DNA of 50,316 nucleotides from Candidatus Promineifilaceae bacterium. Lineage in GTDB: Bacteria; Chloroflexota; Anaerolineae; Promineifilales; Promineifilaceae. Shown one piece after another: positions 45,181 through 50,316 of this stretch. Each line of letters starts with the position of its first letter. The stretch's first letter is position 1. The notes under the pieces were generated by a model that was given only the letters and a program-made list of their open reading frames with translations, ran no database searches and was not told the origin of the DNA. Both the position numbers and the translations under genes were made by a program. The stretch is from contig JBNKLQ010000001.1 in the NCBI GenBank assembly GCA_050292445.1, positions 1 to 50,316 of the forward strand. Direction: 5' to 3'.

Positions 45181-45184
45181 TTTC

Positions 45185-45284
45185 CAGTGTTCAGTAGGTC
45201 AGTAATCAGTAGGTCAGTAATCAGTAGGTCAGTCGGTGCGGTCGGATTACTGAATACTGTTTCACTGAATACTGATTACTGATC
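45185..45284. repeat. CAGT-unit hairpin element, copy 5 (intercistronic, aroA-aroE), with a 15-bp tandem sub-repeat
   Basis: Left arm CAGTGTT CAGTAGGT CAGTAAT CAGTAGGT CAGTAAT CAGTAGGT CAGTCGGT. Right arm ATTACTG AATACTG TTTCACTG AATACTG ATTACTG ATC. Confidence 0.75.
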
Positions 45285-46610
45285 AATCCATTCCATATTT
45301 GCGCCGAGGGATTGCATCATTTCTACAAAGCCGGGGAAGCTGTCGGCGATGCAGCTTGCGTCATGGACCAGGGTCAGGCCGTGAGTGATTAGTCCGGCCA
45401 CAGCCAGCGACATGCCTAGCCGGTGATCGTCATGGCTGTTTACCTCGCCGCCAAACAGCCGCATTGGCCCCGCTACCGAGAAACCGTCGGGACTTTCCAT
45501 CATTTCCACGCCCAGCTTGCGTAGCTCGCCTGCCAAAACCGAGATGCGGTCCACTTCCTTCACGCGTAGTTCGGCAGCATCACTCACCTGGCTAACGCCT
45601 GCGGCCTGCGTGGTGGCCACGGCCCAGACGGGCAGCTCGTCGATGCCGCGCACCACGGTGTGGCCATTAACATTTGTGCTGTGCAGCTCGCTAAAAGAGA
45701 CGGTGAGGTCGCCCAGCCGCTCGCCGCCGCTGAGATGTTCATTGTGTACGGTGAGTTCGGCCCCCATCGCTTGCAGCATATCCAGAATGCCGGTGCGGGT
45801 CTCGTTAAGGCCCACGCCCGCGATGGTGATTTGGGAATGGGGCACGATGGCGGCAGCGACCAGAGGGAAAGCGGCAGAGGAGGGATCGGCAGGAACGGTG
45901 AGGTCTAACGGCCGTAACCGCCAACCACCCTCCGGCGCAGCGGGCAAAATCACCCAATCCCCTTCAGTCTGTACCGGCACGCCCATCGCTTGCAGCATCC
46001 GCTCCGTGTGGTCACGGGCTGGGCCAGGCTGGTAGACGCGGGTTTTGCCAGTGGCGTACAACCCGGCCAGCAGGATGGCGCTTTTCACCTGGGCGCTGGC
46101 TACGTTCATACGGTATTCAAAGCCATGTAGCTGGCTGGGGGAGATGGCGAGGGGGCAACGGCCGTTTTCGGCCACAATATTCGCCCCCATTTCGCTCAGG
46201 GGGGCGGTGATGCGGCGCATGGGTCGTTTGCGCAGCTGTTCGCTGCCGTCTAGCACGCTGGGGAAACTTTGCCCGGCCAATAGTCCAGCCAGCAGGCGCA
46301 TGCCTGTTCCGGCGTTGCGGCAGTCCAATGGCTGCGTGGGCACTTGCCAACCATGCAGCCCACGCCCCTCAATGGTTAAATCCCAGGCAATGTCCGAGCG
46401 TTTGTCAATTTGCACAGAAACACCGAGGTCCTGGATGATTTGCAACGTGGCCAGTGTATCCCCCGCAGGCAGCCAGCGGCGAACGTGGCTGGTGCCTTCA
46501 GCCAGCGAGGCCAGCATTACCGCCCGGTGGCTAATTGACTTGTCGCCAGGAACCGAGATAATGCCTTGCAGCGGCGTTTTTTGGGGGCGAACCAGTAGTT
46601 GTTCACTCAT
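45276..46610 (-). CDS. aroA: 3-phosphoshikimate 1-carboxyvinyltransferase (EPSP synthase)
   Basis: VPGDKSISHRAVMLASLAEGTS, LDCRNAGTGMRLLAG, RPMRRI and DHRLGMSLAVAGL. Confidence 0.95.
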   Translation of the reverse strand: MSEQLLVRPQKTPLQGIISVPGDKSISHRAVMLASLAEGTSHVRRWLPAGDTLATLQIIQDLGVSVQIDKRSDIAWDLTIEGRGLHGWQVPTQPLDCRNAGTGMRLLAGLLAGQSFPSVLDGSEQLRKRPMRRITAPLSEMGANIVAENGRCPLAISPSQLHGFEYRMNVASAQVKSAILLAGLYATGKTRVYQPGPARDHTERMLQAMGVPVQTEGDWVILPAAPEGGWRLRPLDLTVPADPSSAAFPLVAAAIVPHSQITIAGVGLNETRTGILDMLQAMGAELTVHNEHLSGGERLGDLTVSFSELHSTNVNGHTVVRGIDELPVWAVATTQAAGVSQVSDAAELRVKEVDRISVLAGELRKLGVEMMESPDGFSVAGPMRLFGGEVNSHDDHRLGMSLAVAGLITHGLTLVHDASCIADSFPGFVEMMQSLGANMEWIDQ

Positions 46611-47428
46611 CGTTTGAAGCGGGCCATGCCCTGGGCTATTTTTTGCGTCTTCTTATCGCTGCGGTCGGCATCCAGGCGGGCTACGGGCGGACGGCCCTGG
46701 TTTTTGGCTTCCAACAGGGCGTGATGCACCAGTAGATGGCTATGCCGCCGCATAAATTCTGTGTGGCTGGCGTCGGGGTTTTCTGCCAAATAGGCTTCTT
46801 TGGCCGCTTCCATCTTCTCTTTGATGTCTGTGATTTCGGCGCTGGGCAGGTAAGCGGATGTAGTGCTAAATTCCAGGCGGTCGGCCACAGGCACCAGGCG
46901 AGTAAGAATCAATTCGCCTACTTCCACATTACCGCGTCCACCAGCTTCATACACCGCAAATGTTTCATCTGTGAAGGTGTCGCGCAGCTGCAATTTCTGC
47001 CCTTCATAAGCCATCAGTTCATAAAGCGCTCCCGCACCGGCGTTTAACCAATCGGCCGCAATTTTTTGCTGATGCACAGATAAATCTGCCATCTGCTCTT
47101 CGGCATACAGCTGGATCAACCGTTGACCATTGGCTGGCGTGTAATCAAATACAAACCAGTCGAAGAAGCGTAATGCTTCTGGCTGGCTCATTTGCTCTGC
47201 ATTGGATGCGTCGTAATACTCATTCCAGTAGAGGGGCAGGGCGTTGGCGAAATCTTCAGCGAACCGTTCGTCGCGGGCAAATTTGAGCAGATCGCGCCGA
47301 ATAAAGCCAGCGGCACGCTGAATGTGGCTGCGCTCCTTTTCGGCTGCCTGGTCTTCTTTCATGTGGCATTTTTTGTACTTTAGGCCGCTGCCACAGTAAC
47401 AGGGATCGTTTCTTCCGGGTTTGCTCAT
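46607..47428 (-). CDS. SEC-C metal-binding motif protein
   Basis: N-terminal GRNDPCYCGSGLKYKKCH. Both ends overlap the neighbouring genes by 4 nt. Confidence 0.8.
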   Translation of the reverse strand: MSKPGRNDPCYCGSGLKYKKCHMKEDQAAEKERSHIQRAAGFIRRDLLKFARDERFAEDFANALPLYWNEYYDASNAEQMSQPEALRFFDWFVFDYTPANGQRLIQLYAEEQMADLSVHQQKIAADWLNAGAGALYELMAYEGQKLQLRDTFTDETFAVYEAGGRGNVEVGELILTRLVPVADRLEFSTTSAYLPSAEITDIKEKMEAAKEAYLAENPDASHTEFMRRHSHLLVHHALLEAKNQGRPPVARLDADRSDKKTQKIAQGMARFKR

Positions 47429-48192
47429 AATTCACCTTCCAACTGTGCCAAAATAGGCAGCAGTTCTTCTAATTTGGAGATTGTAAAATTCGGCCGTACG
47501 CCGTCAAGTTGCCGCTCAAGATGGGGTGGCGACATCAGTACGCTGGTTATGCCCGCGTCGTTGGCCCCGGCAATATCGTTGGCTGGACGGTCGCCGACAA
47601 AGACGGATTCTTCTGGCTGCACGTCCAATAACTCTAAAGCATGCCAATAAATAAAGGGATGTGGCTTCATAAAACCCACATCACCAGAGGTAAGTCGCAC
47701 GTCTAGATAGTCTAGAATGCCATAAGCGCGCAATTCTACATCACGCATCCACATGGGCTGTATGGCATTGGTAATAAGGCCAATTTTGTAGCCACTGTTT
47801 TTGAGCTGTTCCAGTACGGGGAGGGTGTCATCGAAGGGGGCGACGCCGGGCACGGTGTGCCAATTATAGGCGCGCAGGACAGCATCAATATCGAGCTGGG
47901 CTTCGTCCAGTCCGCAAGCGAGCAGAAAATCTTGCATGACCTGGGCAAAAGAGATCATGGTCCACTCTTTTTTGGCTTCTGTCCAGGCCTGAATTAAAGT
48001 TCTGCGGAAGAGGTTCCAAAACTCATCAAAAGGGGGCAAGGTATATTCTGCGGCAGCGAGGTAACGGTAGACGTTTTGCATATGTTCCGTTTCAACGGCC
48101 GTCATATCCCCTTCCAGCCCTGACCAATCGATCAAGGTGTCGTCCATATCAAACAGAACGGCTTTGATGCGCTGGTTTTCTCGGTCACTCAT
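47425..48192 (-). CDS. HAD-family hydrolase
   Basis: Motif I AVLFDMDDTLIDW, motif II ITNA and motif IV VGDRPANDIAGANDAG. Confidence 0.82.
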   Translation of the reverse strand: MSDRENQRIKAVLFDMDDTLIDWSGLEGDMTAVETEHMQNVYRYLAAAEYTLPPFDEFWNLFRRTLIQAWTEAKKEWTMISFAQVMQDFLLACGLDEAQLDIDAVLRAYNWHTVPGVAPFDDTLPVLEQLKNSGYKIGLITNAIQPMWMRDVELRAYGILDYLDVRLTSGDVGFMKPHPFIYWHALELLDVQPEESVFVGDRPANDIAGANDAGITSVLMSPPHLERQLDGVRPNFTISKLEELLPILAQLEGEL

Positions 48193-48218
48193 AACGTCTC
48201 GATTGTTGTCCTAACGTT

Positions 48219-48893
48219 TTAGATTTTCAGGTCCGCTGCTTTTGATTTCTTTTCGTTACGTGCTTTCAAATATTCTACAAGCATGGGCAGAACGGATACT
48301 AAAATGATGCCGATAATGACAAACTCAAAATTGGCTTTGACGAAGGGAATGTTGCCAAAGAAGTTGCCCATAAATAGGAAAAGCGATACCCACAAAAAGC
48401 CACCAACGATATTGTAGGAAATGAAACGGCCGTATTCCATCGTACCTACACCAGCTACAAACGGGGCAAACGTGCGCACAATGGGCACAAAGCGCGCCAG
48501 TACGATTGTTTTCCCGCCATGCTTGGCATAAAACGCCTCCGTTTTTTCCAGGTACTCTTTTTTCAACACCTTCTTCAACCAGCGATTTTGGGTGTCAAAA
48601 ATTGCCAGGCCCAACTTGTTCCCAATCCAGTAATTGACAGTATCGCCTAAAACGGCCGCTACAAACAAAAGCCCCCATAAAAGAAAGATATTTAGAGAAC
48701 CCAATGCGGCAAATGTCCCAGCCGCAAATAAGAGCGAATCGCCCGGCAAAAACGGCGTGATAACTAATCCTGTCTCAATAAAAATAACCACAAACAGCAA
48801 GCCATAAGTCCAGGTGCCATAAGTCGTGATGGCAACGTTCAAATACTCATCTAAGTGAAGAAACAAATCAACAATGCTTTTTAGAAAATCCAT
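48219..48893 (-). CDS. DedA-family (VTT domain) membrane protein
   Basis: [46 protein letters not shown] and multiple TM helices. Confidence 0.85.
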   Translation of the reverse strand: MDFLKSIVDLFLHLDEYLNVAITTYGTWTYGLLFVVIFIETGLVITPFLPGDSLLFAAGTFAALGSLNIFLLWGLLFVAAVLGDTVNYWIGNKLGLAIFDTQNRWLKKVLKKEYLEKTEAFYAKHGGKTIVLARFVPIVRTFAPFVAGVGTMEYGRFISYNIVGGFLWVSLFLFMGNFFGNIPFVKANFEFVIIGIILVSVLPMLVEYLKARNEKKSKAADLKI

Positions 48894-48914
48894 GATTTAC
48901 CTTACAAAAACTTA

Positions 48915-49937
48915 TTAATCGCTAGCTTCCAAACGGGCAGCCAAGCGATCCACGAGGAGAATAACACTGATGCCCACGAGTGCCAAGACGAGGGCAATGC
49001 CAAACTCAGTGATGGCGGCGCTGCTATTGAAGCTGGGCAAGATATTGGCTTGCTCAATGACCAGTTTGTGCCCATCGCTGTTGAGAATAAATTGTCCGAC
49101 ATCATCACGCAGCCAGTCCAAATCCAATTTCCAGGGCCAAATTTTGCGCAGGCTGCCTACCATCAAACCAATGAGCAGGGCAACGGTGAGATCGTGGTAT
49201 CGGTTGAAGAGCCAACCAAGGACCTGAGCAAAGGTGATGAGTCCAATAACAGCTCCAATTGCTACAAAGATGAGGGGAACGGCCGCAGCCAAATCGCCGC
49301 CGCGCAAATCGTTTACTGAGCCTAAAACATATTGGTATTTACCGAGCAAAACAAGCAGAAACGCACCCGAAATACCGGGCAGGATGAGGGCGCAGCTGGC
49401 CACAGCACCGCTGAGAATTAGGAACCACCAGGCGTTGGGCGTGTGTACGGGAACCAGGCCAACCAGCAAATAAGCGACGACTGCTCCTGCCAGCAGCACC
49501 GCAAAAAGAGGCGGCTGCCACTGCTTAATCCGTTTGCTGACAACAAAGACGGAGGCCAGCACCAGGCCGAAGAAGAAGCTCCATAAAAAGACAGGTTGAT
49601 TTACCAGCAAGTTTTCCAGAGCGTGTGAAAGGGTGATGATGGCAATAAAGATGCCCACCGCCACAGAAAGCAGAAATTCCCAATTGAGAATTTGAAAAGT
49701 GTCTTTGAGGCGAAATTTAAGTGCAGCTTGCAGGAAGTGGGGTTGGCCAATGGTGCGAATCGAGTCAATGAGTTCTTCGTAGATACCCAGGATGAAGGCC
49801 ATTGTGCCACCAGAAACGCCAGGAACGATGTCTGAGGCGCCCATGCAGATGCCACGGGCGACGATGCCGAGATAGTCAGGAATCGTGCGTTGTTTTTTGG
49901 TGGATACGGCCGTTTCTTCCAGTGTTGTTTTTTGCAT
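48915..49937 (-). CDS. DUF368-family polytopic membrane protein
   Basis: GASDIVPGVSGGTMAFILGIYEELI and a second half with LILPGISGAFLLVLLGKY. The ATG at 49937 is preferred; the ORF opens at TTG 49970. Confidence 0.82.
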   Translation of the reverse strand: MQKTTLEETAVSTKKQRTIPDYLGIVARGICMGASDIVPGVSGGTMAFILGIYEELIDSIRTIGQPHFLQAALKFRLKDTFQILNWEFLLSVAVGIFIAIITLSHALENLLVNQPVFLWSFFFGLVLASVFVVSKRIKQWQPPLFAVLLAGAVVAYLLVGLVPVHTPNAWWFLILSGAVASCALILPGISGAFLLVLLGKYQYVLGSVNDLRGGDLAAAVPLIFVAIGAVIGLITFAQVLGWLFNRYHDLTVALLIGLMVGSLRKIWPWKLDLDWLRDDVGQFILNSDGHKLVIEQANILPSFNSSAAITEFGIALVLALVGISVILLVDRLAARLEASD

Positions 49938-50049
49938 AATTGGTCTCTTTGAGTTGTGAATTTCGGTCAAACAAACGCAGAATTATAACACAGCTCCACG
50001 AGACATCGAGAGGCACTTATGAAATTAGCCAAGATGATACAGTCTTCTT

Positions 50050-50090
50050 AGAAAAGAGGAGAGCTCCGGGGGAGGGGGTCCCGGAGCTCT
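50050..50090 (-). terminator. Rho-independent terminator-like hairpin downstream of the acyl-CoA dehydrogenase gene
   Basis: AGAGCTCCGGG-ggagggggt-CCCGGAGCTCT, an 11-bp perfect stem. On the minus strand it is followed by CCTCTTTTCT. Confidence 0.45.
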
Positions 50091-50179
50091 TAAATAAAAG
50101 GAGAAAAAGTTGTGTGTCCTTGCGTGCTTTTTATTATACGGATGGCAACTATCTCGTAAATGGGACAATGGCACTATAT

Positions 50180-50316
50180 TTATTTGCGGAACAGCTCACG
50201 CACAATAATTTCCCGCTGAATTTGGCTGGTACCTTCGTAAATTTGGTAAATCTTGGCGTCGCGCATCAGTTTTTCCACGGGATATTCTGACATGTAGCCG
50301 TAGCCACCAAAGACCT
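50180..50316 (-). CDS. Acyl-CoA dehydrogenase, C-terminal 45 codons (the gene continues beyond the window)
   Basis: The reverse-strand translation reads ...[44 protein letters not shown], the conserved ACAD C-terminal helix. The ORF is too short to appear in the supplied ORF track. Confidence 0.75.
   Translation of the reverse strand, partial: VFGGYGYMSEYPVEKLMRDAKIYQIYEGTSQIQREIIVRELFRK

Noticed and set aside
45100-45282. 60-aa ORF translating SRSVISRSVISRSVG
   Set aside because: It is the translation of the CAGT-unit repeat arm, so the periodic peptide is an artefact of the DNA repeat.
1-50316. Mobile genetic elements, prophage, genomic island or defence islands
   Set aside because: No integrase, transposase, recombinase, phage structural, restriction or Cas-like protein was recognisable in any frame. 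Gene content is housekeeping, regulatory or envelope-related. Composition looks uniform by eye apart from short AT-rich spacers.

Overview
50.3 kb of chromosomal DNA at roughly 50-55% GC. It reads most like a filamentous Chloroflexota (Anaerolineae-like) genome. That placement is an inference from the groESL sequence, Pro/Thr-rich linkers, several Ser/Thr kinases and many two-component genes. I support about 40 protein genes. They include groES-groEL with a double CIRCE operator, ppc, aroA-aroE, a heterodimer-type ABC exporter pair, a large hybrid histidine kinase, two response regulators and two Ser/Thr kinases. The rest are glycosyltransferases, HAD/NUDIX/GNAT/SDR enzymes, LysM and SBBP-repeat secreted proteins, adjacent DedA and DUF368 membrane proteins, and a truncated acyl-CoA dehydrogenase at the right edge. 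I saw no rRNA, tRNA, CRISPR array, transposase or integrase. Five signals stand out. (1) The 8-bp palindrome ACGGCCGT occurs about 85 times by hand count, against fewer than one expected, in genes of both strands, in all frames, and in spacers. This is a HIP1-like iterated palindrome with a word I do not recognise as described. (2) A DsbA/BdbD-family lipoprotein gene has an in-frame TGA exactly at the first Cys of the CxxC motif (U-G-S-C), followed by a hairpin, so it is a candidate selenoprotein or a pseudogene. (3) A three-gene cassette (28.8-31.4 kb) encodes a DUF2089 zinc-ribbon/HTH protein and two paralogous cytoplasmic proteins built from strict 29-residue repeats, one acidic and one His/Arg-rich. 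Each paralogue is preceded by a near-identical perfect palindrome, GGTCAATTTT-nn-AAAATTGACC. (4) A family of long imperfect hairpins built from CAGT-spaced 7-8 nt units sits at five gene 3' ends and often supplies the stop codon. (5) There are two smaller dispersed hairpin-repeat families and some unusual domain fusions. All coordinates, counts and domain calls come from reading the sequence by eye, with no searches run.
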